Counted from the stretch's first letter, positions 26,068 through 35,879 are shown. The stretch: 39,867 nt of DNA from Gemmatimonadota bacterium (GCA_040905425.1 JBBDRO010000081.1:54065-93931), one strand, 5' to 3'. Notes: generated from the letters alone by a model not told the origin. Numbers and translations are program-made.

Positions 26068-27315
26068 ATGAGCGTGATGAGGGACGCGGCCTGGAACGGC
26101 ATCCTCGGAGCCCTGCTGCTGGCGGGTTGCCAGGACGCCGCACCGGCTGGCTGGAGCGGTACCGAACGCGACAGCGCCGGCATCCTGATCGTGGAAAACA
26201 CGACGCCCGCCGGGTGGCCGGGATCCGCGCCCACACTCACGGAGGAGCTGCGTATCGGCAGCGTGGATGGCGCCGAAACGGCGTTCGGTGGGGTCGCCGG
26301 GCTGGCGGTCCGCTCCGACGGCACCATCCTGGTGCTGGACGCGCAGGCACGCAGCATCCGCGTCTTCAGCGCCGCAGGTAGGCCCTCCGGCACCCTGGGC
26401 GGCCCGGGCACGGGGCCCGGCGAACTGCGCGGCGCGTTCACCATGGTCCTGGTTCGCGACACGCTGGTGGTGCCCGACATGAGCCTGCAGCGGGTAAACA
26501 CGTACCCGCCAGATGGGCCGCCGGGCAGCTTTCCCCTTCAGCTAACCGACGGCATACCCGTACAGTGGGCGGGCACGACGCATGGCACTTTAATGACGCA
26601 GGTCCGCATGCTCCCCCTGCCGGGCGTCGACATGGGCGGTGGCGGCGACCTCATCATCGAGCGGAATCTGGCAGGCCAGGTCACCGACACCGTGCTGGAG
26701 CTGCCCCGCGGCGAGAGCTACGACATGTCCGGCCTGGTGCCGGGCGGCGCCATGCCGAGATTCCGTGTTTTCGCCGCGGAGCCCGTGTGGGCCATCAACG
26801 CCGACGGATGGCTGGCCTTCGCCAACAACGCCCACTACAGGATCCACGTGCTGGACCCCGCGGGCAACCTGGTGCGGATCGTGGCACGCGCGGTGACGCC
26901 GCGGCCGGTGACGGACCGGGACCGGGAGACCTTCGGGCGCGTCATGAGTGACATGCTGGCCGGCCAGGGCATGCCAGGCAGCGGGGCCAGTGAGATCCTG
27001 AGCAACGTGGATTTTGCCGAAACCTACCCCGCGCTCGGCAAGCTGATGTTCGGGCCGGGCGGCACGCTCTGGGTGCAGCGCGCACTCACCCTGCCCGAAC
27101 TGGAGGCCGCGGACGTGCCCTTCGACCCGCAGAGTACCGGTGGGCAGGAGTGGGACGTCTTCGATGCCGCCGGCCGCCTCCGGGGCAGCGTCACGCTGCC
27201 GGGTGGATTCAGCGCCACCGTCTGGCACGACGGTGCACTCTACGGCGTGCAGGTGGATGAGCTGGACGTGCAATACGTGGTGCGCCTGCGGGTCGACGGG
27301 CCGCCGATACAGTGA
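26068..27315 (+). CDS. Six-bladed beta-propeller lipoprotein
   Basis: Lipobox LLAG-C, ERDSAGILIV, EELRIG, GGPGTGPGEL, C-terminal VDELDVQYV. Start ATG 26068 or 26077. Confidence 0.85.
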   Translation: MSVMRDAAWNGILGALLLAGCQDAAPAGWSGTERDSAGILIVENTTPAGWPGSAPTLTEELRIGSVDGAETAFGGVAGLAVRSDGTILVLDAQARSIRVFSAAGRPSGTLGGPGTGPGELRGAFTMVLVRDTLVVPDMSLQRVNTYPPDGPPGSFPLQLTDGIPVQWAGTTHGTLMTQVRMLPLPGVDMGGGGDLIIERNLAGQVTDTVLELPRGESYDMSGLVPGGAMPRFRVFAAEPVWAINADGWLAFANNAHYRIHVLDPAGNLVRIVARAVTPRPVTDRDRETFGRVMSDMLAGQGMPGSGASEILSNVDFAETYPALGKLMFGPGGTLWVQRALTLPELEAADVPFDPQSTGGQEWDVFDAAGRLRGSVTLPGGFSATVWHDGALYGVQVDELDVQYVVRLRVDGPPIQ

Positions 27316-27434
27316 GGCGCCCCTGGCGCGAGCGGGGCGCGCGGCCCTAAGTAACCAGGACCGTGCGCCCCGTGGCGCCCCGCCCACCGCTATGGCGGCC
27401 CCGTGTACCAGGGGCCCATGGAGCCCCGAGCCCG

Positions 27435-29783
27435 TTGATCCTCCTCTTCACGCTCACCCTGCTGCTCTCCTCCGCGCTGCTCTTTGCGGTGCAGCCCATG
27501 TTCGCGCGCCTGGTGCTGCCGCTGCTGGGCGGCACGCCGGCCGTGTGGAACACCTGCATGGTCTTCTTTCAGGCGGTGCTGCTGGCGGGCTACCTGTACG
27601 CGCACCTGTCCACGCGCTGGCTCGGGGTGCGCCGCCAGGTGATGGTGCACGTGGTGCTCCTCGCGCTGCCGCTTGTGGTGCTGCCGCTGGGCATTCCGGA
27701 GGGCTGGGCGCCGCCGGTGGAGCGCAATCCCATCCCCTGGCTGCTGGCGCTGCTCACCGTGGTGCTGGGGCTGCCGTTCTTCGTGGTCTCGGCCACGGCG
27801 CCGCTGCTGCAGCACTGGCTGAGCGGCACGGACCACCCCGACGCCGGCGACCCGTACTTCCTCTACGCGGCCAGCAACGTGGGCTCCATGACGGCGCTGC
27901 TGGCCTATCCGCTGGTGATCGAGCCGGGCCTGCGGCTGGGCCAGCAGACGGCCGCGTGGAGCTGGGGCTACGGTATGCTGGCCGTACTGCTCGTGGGGGC
28001 GGCGGCCGTGACGCTGCGGCGGCCGGCGCCGGCTCCGACCTCTGCCTCGACCCCGGCCGTGGCGCCTGATCGACGATCCGAGGCCGCGCCCCGGGCCGGC
28101 GCACCGAGCGCGCGCCGCAGCCTGCGTTGGGTGGCGCTGGCGGCGGTGCCCTCGAGCCTCATGCTGGGCGTGACCACCTACCTGACCACCGACGTGGCCG
28201 TGGTGCCGCTGCTCTGGGTGGTCCCGCTGGCGCTCTACCTGCTCACCTTCATCCTGGTCTTCGCCCGGCGCATTCGCGTGCCGCATACGGTCATGGTGCG
28301 CGCGCTGCCGGTGGGCGTGGTGGCGCTGCTGCTGACCATGGCCATCGGCGCCACCGACCCGCTGATCGTCATCATGCTCGTGCACCTGGCGGCCTTCTTC
28401 ATCCTGGCCATGGTGTGTCACGGTGAGCTGGCGCGGGACCGCCCCGCGGCGGACCACCTGACCTCGTTCTACCTCTGGATGAGCCTGGGAGGCGTGCTGG
28501 GGGGCGCGTTCAACGCCCTCGTGGCGCCGCAGCTCTTCAGCACCGTGGCCGAGTACCCGATCGCCGTGGTGGCCGCCTGTCTGCTGTGGCCCGCCTGGCT
28601 GCGTCGGCCGGGCGCGCTCGGAGGGGGCCGGATCGAGGTGGCCGATCTGGCCTGGCCCGCCGGGGTGCTCGTCCTGGGCCTGGTGCTCCACCTGGGCTTC
28701 GACCGGCTGGAGCTAGTGGGCGGGCGGCGGCTCCAGGCGGCGCTCACATTGGGGCTTCCGGCGCTCATGGCCTTCCTGCTCTCCCGGAAGGCCGTGCGCT
28801 TCGCGCTCGCGGTGGGCGCGGTCTACCTGCTCGGAGCGCTCGGCGCCACGGCCCGCGGCAGCGTCCTCGAGCGGGAGCGCAGCTTCTTCGGGGTCTACCG
28901 GGTGGTGGCCAACGTCACCACTACCGATGCCCGGGCGCCGCTGGTCGCCGCGGTCGGGCCGCCGCTGACGCGCCACGCCTCAACCGGCCGCACTCCGGTA
29001 GCGGCCAACACGATCTATCACGGCACCACGGTGCACGGCCGCCAACTCGTGGATCCGGACACACGCCTGCCCGTCCGTCCCGGCCTGCCGCTCACCTATT
29101 ATCACCGGGACGGCCCCATCGGCGAGTTCATCCATATGGTCGAGGAGCGGGGTGCGCTCGAGCGCATAGGTGTGGTGGGCCTGGGCGCCGGCGGGCTGGC
29201 GGCTTACGCGGACGCCGGGCAGGCCATGACCTTCTACGAGATCGATCCGCTGGTGGAGCGGCTGGCGGAGGACACGCGCTACTTTACCTACCTCTCCGCC
29301 GCCCGCCAGCGTGGCGCGGAGGTGGACGTGGTGCTCGGTGACGCCCGCCTCACCCTGGCCGGGGTCCCGGCCGGCACCTTCGACCTGCTGGTCCTGGACG
29401 CCTTCAGCAGCGACGCCGTCCCCGTGCACCTCATGACGCTGGAAGCCGTGCGCATGTACGTGGAGCGCCTGGCGCCCGGGGGGGCGCTGGCGTTCCACAT
29501 CTCGAACCGCTACCTGCGGCTCCATCCCGTCCTCGCCGCCATCGCCCGGGAACTGGAGCTGGATTCCTGGGTGGTCCTGGACGGGGTGGGCAATGACGCG
29601 GGCTTCTGGTGGGACGGCCGCGAGGACTCGCTGTGGATGGTCCTGGCCCCCGCCGGGCTCCTGGATCTGGACCCCGCAAGCCTGGGCCAGAACATCGTGG
29701 GCAGCGTGCAGCCGTCCGCGGGCGTCCCGCTCTGGACGGACTCGTTCGTGGACATCTGGTCCGTCGTCGATTGGGGCGGCTGA
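27435..29783 (+). CDS. Fused membrane domain / spermidine synthase-like SAM-binding protein
   Basis: LLFAVQPM...LPLLGGTPAVWNTCMVFFQ, YFLYAASNVGS, CHGELA, GLGAGG, YEIDP, GDAR, LDAFSSDAVPVHLMT. Likely TTG start at 27435 (ORF open from 27363). Confidence 0.88.
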   Translation: MILLFTLTLLLSSALLFAVQPMFARLVLPLLGGTPAVWNTCMVFFQAVLLAGYLYAHLSTRWLGVRRQVMVHVVLLALPLVVLPLGIPEGWAPPVERNPIPWLLALLTVVLGLPFFVVSATAPLLQHWLSGTDHPDAGDPYFLYAASNVGSMTALLAYPLVIEPGLRLGQQTAAWSWGYGMLAVLLVGAAAVTLRRPAPAPTSASTPAVAPDRRSEAAPRAGAPSARRSLRWVALAAVPSSLMLGVTTYLTTDVAVVPLLWVVPLALYLLTFILVFARRIRVPHTVMVRALPVGVVALLLTMAIGATDPLIVIMLVHLAAFFILAMVCHGELARDRPAADHLTSFYLWMSLGGVLGGAFNALVAPQLFSTVAEYPIAVVAACLLWPAWLRRPGALGGGRIEVADLAWPAGVLVLGLVLHLGFDRLELVGGRRLQAALTLGLPALMAFLLSRKAVRFALAVGAVYLLGALGATARGSVLERERSFFGVYRVVANVTTTDARAPLVAAVGPPLTRHASTGRTPVAANTIYHGTTVHGRQLVDPDTRLPVRPGLPLTYYHRDGPIGEFIHMVEERGALERIGVVGLGAGGLAAYADAGQAMTFYEIDPLVERLAEDTRYFTYLSAARQRGAEVDVVLGDARLTLAGVPAGTFDLLVLDAFSSDAVPVHLMTLEAVRMYVERLAPGGALAFHISNRYLRLHPVLAAIARELELDSWVVLDGVGNDAGFWWDGREDSLWMVLAPAGLLDLDPASLGQNIVGSVQPSAGVPLWTDSFVDIWSVVDWGG

Positions 29784-29787
29784 CGGC

Positions 29788-30375
29788 TCAGCCGCGCTCG
29801 CGTTCCAGCAGCACCATGCACACCACGCCGATGAGCAGAAGGCGCTCGTCCTCCGTGGGCAGGGGTGCCTCCAGGCGCTCGATGGTGAAGACGCTCTCCA
29901 GGAAGGCCGCCTGCTTGGTGGCCCGCACCACCGCCGTGCCACCATGAGTGGCCAGCACGTAGCGCGGATGGAAGACGTAGCCGCTCAGCGCGCCGATCAG
30001 CGGAATGCCCTCGAAGAGGGAATTGGCCAGCTTGGCCACGGGATTCTCCTCACTGGCCGTAAAGATCACCTCCTCCCCGCGCACGATCTCGTAGCGCGCG
30101 CGCCAGAGACTCTTCATCCCCCGGCGGCGGATGGCACCCAGCTGAGCGCCGTCCGCGTCCTCGATGGCGTAGGTGGCGGAGAAGTCGATGATCCGATCCG
30201 CCTTGATCCGGTACAGCGGACGCGTCTGCTCCCGGTCGGCAAAGACGGTGATGGCCTCCTTCAGCTTGAAGGCCTTCTGCTTCACGTACATGAGCAGCCG
30301 CCCATCGGCGCCCTCGACCGCCAGCTGCCGGGCGATCGCCAGGATCTTGAAGCGGAGCGTGAGCGGATAACTCAC
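29788..30375 (-). CDS. LURP-one/scramblase (tubby C-terminal-like) hypothetical protein
   Basis: GTG 30375 overlaps the addB stop (GTGA); MSYPLTLRFKILAIA, YVKQKAFKLKEAITVF, IKADRIIDFSATY. Confidence 0.75.
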   Translation of the reverse strand: MSYPLTLRFKILAIARQLAVEGADGRLLMYVKQKAFKLKEAITVFADREQTRPLYRIKADRIIDFSATYAIEDADGAQLGAIRRRGMKSLWRARYEIVRGEEVIFTASEENPVAKLANSLFEGIPLIGALSGYVFHPRYVLATHGGTAVVRATKQAAFLESVFTIERLEAPLPTEDERLLLIGVVCMVLLERERG

Positions 30376-33300
30376 GGTGCACCGTGCCGGCGCATCCACG
30401 CCGCGGGCGGTGAGACGGTGCGCCCGAAGGCCCCCACCTTCACCCGGCACACGTCCGTAAAGTCACAGTACATGCAATCCCTCGGTTCGTCGGTGGGCAG
30501 GAAGCGGCCCGCGGCCACATCGGCCAGCAGGGCGTCCACCAGCGCCAGCCCGTCAGCCAGATCGGACCGGGTGTAGGCCACGCGGGCGTTCTCGCCGCGG
30601 GCCGTCGGAAAGTGATACTCCACCCGTGCCACGGGTGACCCGAAGACGCGCTCGGCCACGGCGGCGTACAGCACATGCTGTAAGCGACGTCCCCCATGGA
30701 ACGCACCCGTGGAACGCGCCCATCTTCGCGTACCGCCGGTCTTGTAGTCAACCACCACCAGCGCGCCATCCTCGAGCCGGTCGATGCGGTCGATGGCGCC
30801 CTGCGCCTGGATCTCACCACCCGTCAACGCCACGCCCACCGTGGCCGCGCCCGCGCGCCCGAACGCCAGCTCCAGGCGGAGCCAGACGGGTGGCTCCGCC
30901 GCCACCATGCGCACGAAGGAGCGGATGTCCTCGCGCAGGTCCCGCGCCTCACTCCGGTAGACCGCCTCGCCGGGCGGCGGCACGCGCTCCCGCCAGCCCT
31001 GCAGCTCCCGGTCGAGCATGCCCATGGCCACCGCCTCCAGGCGGGCCTCATCGGAGAGCGCATGGCCCTGGGTGCGCATCTGCTGCAACGCCCGCTCGTA
31101 GACGCTGTGCAGCAGCGAGCCCCGGTCACGCGGACCCAGCCAGGTGTCCCAGGCCAGCTCCAGGTCATCGGGAGGCTGCACGCCCAGCACGTAGCGCAGC
31201 AGGTAGCGATGCGCGCACGTGCCGAGCGTCTCCAGGCGGGTGGCCGAGATCACGGGGGTGCTCCGGCCGCGCGGGTCCAGCGCGGGCCGCGCCTGGATCA
31301 TGCCGTGGCAGGGCGTGGCCTCCCCGCCGGCGCGCGCGGCCCGGGCATCCATGCCGGCCGCCAGTCCGGGAAAGGCGCTCAGTACCAGTGGCCGGCCGGC
31401 GCGCATCTGCCCACGGCCCGCCAGCGCGGCCAGCCATACGTCACGGCCGTCCAGGGCCACTTGGTCCGAGGGCACGGCGGACACGCCACCGCCGAAGGCG
31501 CCCCGCAGCTCCTCGTAGTCCGCGGTGGGATTGCCCGTGCGCAGGCGGTGCGCCTGCAACAGTTCGGTGGCGGGCGCCAGCGCCCTGCCGTCGGCGGCGT
31601 CCCAGGCGGCGTACGAGAGGCATACGTGGCCGCGCAGCCCGGCCAGCAGTGCGGCCAGCTCCCAGCGCCGCTCCTCGATGCGCTCGCTGGTGCGCGGTAG
31701 CGCACCGCTCGGCGTGCCGCCCGCCAGGATGCGGCGATCGTCATCGCCCAGGAGGGGATCCTGCAGCCCCGCGCCGGGGAAGCTGCCAGCGTCCAGCCCC
31801 ACCACGAATGTGGCCGGGCGATCCGCCAGGCCGCCGTGCTCCAGGCGGCTCAGGTGGAGGTGGCCGCCGGCTGAGGTCCACGGCGCGCCGCCGCCGGCAT
31901 CGGGCGCCGGTACGCCCAATTCGAGCTTCTCGCGCAGGGTGGCCAGCGCCGTCTCGAAGCTGGTGGCACGCACGAGTGTGGTGGCAACGCGCTCCAGGCG
32001 CTGCTCCAGCCGCTCCCGGGCGCTGCGGTCCACCGCCGTCCCCGGCGGCACGAAGCTCAGGAACGTGCGCAGCGCCAGGGCCAGCGCCCGGGGCTGTACG
32101 GCAACGTCGTGGGTACCCAGCCGCTCGGGTAGGGGCGGCACCCTGGCCAGGAGCGGCCGGATGATGGCCTCCAGTCCCTCCACCGCCGCACGGTCGCGGG
32201 CCAGCTCCGCCGCCACCTCGTGCGACGCACGATCGTCCTCGGGGTGCGCGGGCCGCTCCACGGCCCGCCCCGCGCGGTCCAGCGCCTCCAGGTAGCGCTG
32301 GCGGCCGCGCCCCACCCGCATGCGGCGCAGCCGGCGCGCCAGCGTGGGGCCGTCCACAGGCGTGGCCACGTTGGTGGGGAGCACATCCCCGCGCTCGAGC
32401 AGGCCGCGCAGGACCTCGTCCGGAAAGTCCTCGGCGAGCCAGCGCAGGAAGTGCCGCACCGCCCGGCCCGGGCGCGTCCGCTCCAGCGGGAGACCCGCGG
32501 CGTACGTGACGGGGAGCGCCGCGCGCTCCCCGCCCGGCCGGGGGACGTCGAGCCGCCGGGCCAGCGAGTCCAGGGCGGTGGCGTACGCCGCGTAGTCACC
32601 CGCGACCACGATCTCCACCTGGTCCGCCCGCAGCCCGGCCTCAGCCGTGCGGCGCAGGACTTCCCGCAGCTCGGCTTCAATGGAGGAGGCGGAGAACAGC
32701 TCCAACGCCCCCGCGGCCAGCGGCGCCGGCGCATCCGCCACGGCGTGGAGCCACGACAGGGGGCCCGCGGAGCTGAGCGGGGACGTCGCTTCAGAAACGG
32801 GGTGCAAGCGGGCGGGCGGCGGCTCCATGCCATGCACCGCCGCACCGGGCAGGGCCACGGCACCATGCTGCCGGAGCAGCTCCACGAAGCGGCCCGGCCG
32901 GCCGCGCAGGGAGAGACCGGGCAGCAGGAGGATCCGGCCGCGCGGCAGCAACTGTGGTTCGTCCTGCAGCGTTGCGGCGGCCAGCCGATAGAGCTCCGCG
33001 GCGTCCGCGAAGCCCCCCTGCGCCAACCCCATCTGGTAGGCCTCCACGACGTCGGCCAGCAGATCGCGCTTGGCCGCGTCCCGCAGGGGAGCGCCGCGCA
33101 GCCGCACGGGGCTGATCCCTGCCAGGCGGAGGTCTCGCAGCGCCTGGCCGATGGCGCGGCGCATGCCCACCCCCACGGCCAGTTCCCCCAGCCGGGCGGA
33201 GCGGACGGTCTCCAGCACACGCTCCAGCGCCTCGTCCGTGAGCGCCGCGGCATCCAGGTCATCCATGGTGCGGAGCCCCTCCGCCTGCAACGCCCGGGCG

Positions 33301-33479
33301 GCCACTTCCTGGGCCAGCGCCCGGAGCTTCATGGGCTCGAAACCCACCCATGGACCGTGCGCCAGGGTGAGCGCGCGGAGCACTTCGCGCGCCTCCCCCA
33401 GGGTCCGGCCCACCACCAGCTTGCGCTGGACCGGATGCGCCGCGGCCTCGGCCGCCAGGGCCTCCCGGATGGCTCTCAC
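30372..33479 (-). CDS. addB: AddB-like protein: inactive helicase scaffold + PD-(D/E)XK nuclease with Fe-S cysteines
   Basis: SATRLETLGTCAHRY, RGSLLH, GAIDRID, VVDYKTG, LQHVLY, CMYCDFTDVC; no Walker A; GGAGG RBS. Confidence 0.87.
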   Translation of the reverse strand: MRAIREALAAEAAAHPVQRKLVVGRTLGEAREVLRALTLAHGPWVGFEPMKLRALAQEVAARALQAEGLRTMDDLDAAALTDEALERVLETVRSARLGELAVGVGMRRAIGQALRDLRLAGISPVRLRGAPLRDAAKRDLLADVVEAYQMGLAQGGFADAAELYRLAAATLQDEPQLLPRGRILLLPGLSLRGRPGRFVELLRQHGAVALPGAAVHGMEPPPARLHPVSEATSPLSSAGPLSWLHAVADAPAPLAAGALELFSASSIEAELREVLRRTAEAGLRADQVEIVVAGDYAAYATALDSLARRLDVPRPGGERAALPVTYAAGLPLERTRPGRAVRHFLRWLAEDFPDEVLRGLLERGDVLPTNVATPVDGPTLARRLRRMRVGRGRQRYLEALDRAGRAVERPAHPEDDRASHEVAAELARDRAAVEGLEAIIRPLLARVPPLPERLGTHDVAVQPRALALALRTFLSFVPPGTAVDRSARERLEQRLERVATTLVRATSFETALATLREKLELGVPAPDAGGGAPWTSAGGHLHLSRLEHGGLADRPATFVVGLDAGSFPGAGLQDPLLGDDDRRILAGGTPSGALPRTSERIEERRWELAALLAGLRGHVCLSYAAWDAADGRALAPATELLQAHRLRTGNPTADYEELRGAFGGGVSAVPSDQVALDGRDVWLAALAGRGQMRAGRPLVLSAFPGLAAGMDARAARAGGEATPCHGMIQARPALDPRGRSTPVISATRLETLGTCAHRYLLRYVLGVQPPDDLELAWDTWLGPRDRGSLLHSVYERALQQMRTQGHALSDEARLEAVAMGMLDRELQGWRERVPPPGEAVYRSEARDLREDIRSFVRMVAAEPPVWLRLELAFGRAGAATVGVALTGGEIQAQGAIDRIDRLEDGALVVVDYKTGGTRRWARSTGAFHGGRRLQHVLYAAVAERVFGSPVARVEYHFPTARGENARVAYTRSDLADGLALVDALLADVAAGRFLPTDEPRDCMYCDFTDVCRVKVGAFGRTVSPPAAWMRRHGAP

Positions 33480-33582
33480 TCACCGCCTCCGATTACGTCG
33501 GGGTTACCGCCGCAGGCATGAGAAACTAGAATAACCATCACGAGCCCCACCACGCACACCCCCGATCCTGGAACACCGTATC

Positions 33583-35028
33583 ATGCTACGTCCCCTTGCC
33601 GTCTGCGCCGCGCTTCTCTTCCTGCCCACCCTGTTCGGCCCTGCGCACGCGGCCGCCCAGGCGGACGTGGCCATCGTGGGCGCCACGGTCATCGATCCCG
33701 CCAGCGGCCGGGTGCTGCCCGAGCATACGGTTGCCATCCGCGAGGGGCGGATCACTCAGCTCCAGCCCGCCGCTGTGCGCGGCGGCGATCCCGCCACCGA
33801 CCCGCTGGCCGCCGGCGCCACGCGCGTCATCGACGGCCGCGGCCGCTGGCTCGTCCCGGGGCTGTGGGACGCGCACGTGCACTTCCGGGGTGGCGCGGCG
33901 CTGGCCGAGGCCAATCGGGGCCTGCTGCCCCTGTACGTGGCCAACGGCATCACGTCGGTGCGGGACGCGGGCGGGGACCTCACGCCGGAGCTGCTCGACT
34001 GGCGGCGGCGCATCGCGGCGGGGGAGCTGGCGGGGCCGCGCCTCTACACCTCGGGCCCCAAGCTGGACGGCCCCACGGGCGGCTGGGACGGCTCCATCCG
34101 CATCACCACCCCCGACCAGGTCCCGGCGGCGCTGGATTCCCTGCAGTCCCTGGGCGCGGACTACGTCAAGATCTACGACGGCAGCGTGGGGCCGGACGTC
34201 TTCCTGGCCATCGTGGCCGAGGCGGAGCGCCGCGGCATGCCCGTGACCGGCCACATGCCCTTCTCGGTGCGCTTCGCCGACGCCGTGCGCGCGGGCCTCG
34301 ACGCCACCGAGCACCTCTACTACGCGTTCAAGGGCGCGGCCGCCAACGAGGACTCGGTGACGGCGGCCGTGCGTGCGGGCGAGCTGGGGTTCTGGGACGC
34401 GCTCGCGGTGCTCCGTGAGGGCTGGAGTGAGGCGCGGGCCGACTCGCTCTGGCGCACCATGGCCGCGGCGGGCAGCGGGGTAGTGCCCACCCTCCACATC
34501 GACCACGTGTTGGGGCACGTGGCCGCCACGGACCACGCGGCGGACCCGCAGCTGGCCTACATCCATCCGGACCTCGTGGCCACCTACGAGGGCCGGGTGC
34601 GGAGCGCGCGGCGCTCCTCGGCCGCCATGCGCGCGGAGCGGATCGAGCGGCACGGCAACTTCGTGCGCATGGTGGGAGACATGCACGCCGCCGGCGTGCC
34701 CATCTACGCCGGCTCGGACGCGGGTCCCTTCAACTCCTACGTCTACCCGGGCTGGTCCCTCCACGAGGAGTTGGCGGCGCTGGTGGAGGCGGGATTGACA
34801 CCCATGGAGGCGCTCCGCGCCGCCACCATCCGGCCCGCCGAGCTGCTGGGCGTGGAGGAACGCACCGGCCGGATCCGGCAGGGGGCCGACGCCGATCTGC
34901 TCCTGCTCGACGCCGACCCGCTTACGGACATCCGCAACACCCGCCGCATCGCGTTCGTGACGCAGGCCAACGGCCGGGTCTGGAGCGCCAGCGAACTCGC
35001 GGCGCTGCTGGCCTCGGTGCGGCGCTGA
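33583..35028 (+). CDS. Secreted metal-dependent amidohydrolase
   Basis: PGLWDAHVH, GITSVRD, VKIY, TGH, EH, AGSD, GRIRQGADADL; signal peptide. Confidence 0.9.
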   Translation: MLRPLAVCAALLFLPTLFGPAHAAAQADVAIVGATVIDPASGRVLPEHTVAIREGRITQLQPAAVRGGDPATDPLAAGATRVIDGRGRWLVPGLWDAHVHFRGGAALAEANRGLLPLYVANGITSVRDAGGDLTPELLDWRRRIAAGELAGPRLYTSGPKLDGPTGGWDGSIRITTPDQVPAALDSLQSLGADYVKIYDGSVGPDVFLAIVAEAERRGMPVTGHMPFSVRFADAVRAGLDATEHLYYAFKGAAANEDSVTAAVRAGELGFWDALAVLREGWSEARADSLWRTMAAAGSGVVPTLHIDHVLGHVAATDHAADPQLAYIHPDLVATYEGRVRSARRSSAAMRAERIERHGNFVRMVGDMHAAGVPIYAGSDAGPFNSYVYPGWSLHEELAALVEAGLTPMEALRAATIRPAELLGVEERTGRIRQGADADLLLLDADPLTDIRNTRRIAFVTQANGRVWSASELAALLASVRR

Positions 35029-35034
35029 GGATGC

Positions 35035-35118
35035 GGCGCTGACCGACTGGCGCTGACCGACTGGCGCCGACCGACTGGCGCCGACCGACTGGCGCTGACC
35101 GGCTGGCGTTGACCGGCC
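35035..35118. repeat. 14-bp intergenic minisatellite (ggcgcYgaccgact), 6 copies
   Basis: Units at 35035, 35049, 35063, 35077, 35091 and 35105; a degenerate unit at 35021 overlaps the stop codon. Confidence 0.95.
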
Positions 35119-35171
35119 GGCCCTCCGCGTCCGGCGGCCGCGGTGCGTCAGCGCCGCATCCGGTGTGCCGG

Positions 35172-35879
35172 CTAGGAACTCACCTCGAAGTCCTCGACCC
35201 GCACGTTCAGGTTGTGGTTGATGCGCACGCCCGTGATGCCGTACGCATCGATGTCGGCCACGGGGTGGACGGCCACCTCTGTGCCGTTGACCAGGAAATG
35301 CGCCTGCTCGCCGCGCACCTGGATGCTCAGCTCGTTGGTCACGTCCCCGGCCTCGGCGGCCTGGTTCACGGCATCCGCAGGGTTCCAGCCGTTGGGTGAG
35401 ACGTCGGACGTCTGGCCGCCGTCACGCTGCTTGATCAGGTAGCTGCCATCCGCGCGCACCAGGAAATAGGTGTAGGCCTGGGCGTCACTTTGCAGATCCG
35501 AGCCGCCGATGATCAGGCCGAACGCCTCCCGGTGATTGGGGGGAGCGCCGATCTCGGTGAAGGTGGCCGAGACCGTGTAATCGCCCTCCGCCACCGCATG
35601 ACTCTCGTCGTACAGAATGCCCGCCGGGCCCGTCCGTACTTCGAGGGCGCCGTCCGCCTGGGTGACCTGGAAGTCCGCCGGATCGGAGCCCTCCCGGTCG
35701 AAGCGGACGGCGTAGCCTGCGGGCAGCCCCGTGGCTTCGCCGCCCGGACTCAGGTCGGGATCGGCGCTCGCCGGAGCGTCCATATCGGCGGCGGCGGCGT
35801 CTTCGTCCATGTCATCGCCACCCGCGCAGCCCATGATGGTGAGCAGCGCCAGGACGGCATACGGCCAGGTTCGCTTCAT
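35172..35879 (-). CDS. Hypothetical lipoprotein with concanavalin A-like (DUF1080-like) beta-sandwich
   Basis: GGAGG RBS; lipobox TIMG-C; acidic linker; EAFGLIIGG, YTYFLVRADG, FLVNG, GVRINHNL. Confidence 0.78.
   Translation of the reverse strand: MKRTWPYAVLALLTIMGCAGGDDMDEDAAAADMDAPASADPDLSPGGEATGLPAGYAVRFDREGSDPADFQVTQADGALEVRTGPAGILYDESHAVAEGDYTVSATFTEIGAPPNHREAFGLIIGGSDLQSDAQAYTYFLVRADGSYLIKQRDGGQTSDVSPNGWNPADAVNQAAEAGDVTNELSIQVRGEQAHFLVNGTEVAVHPVADIDAYGITGVRINHNLNVRVEDFEVSS

Noticed and set aside
35035..35118. CRISPR array or iterons
   Set aside because: Contiguous 14-bp units with no spacers and no rep or cas gene.
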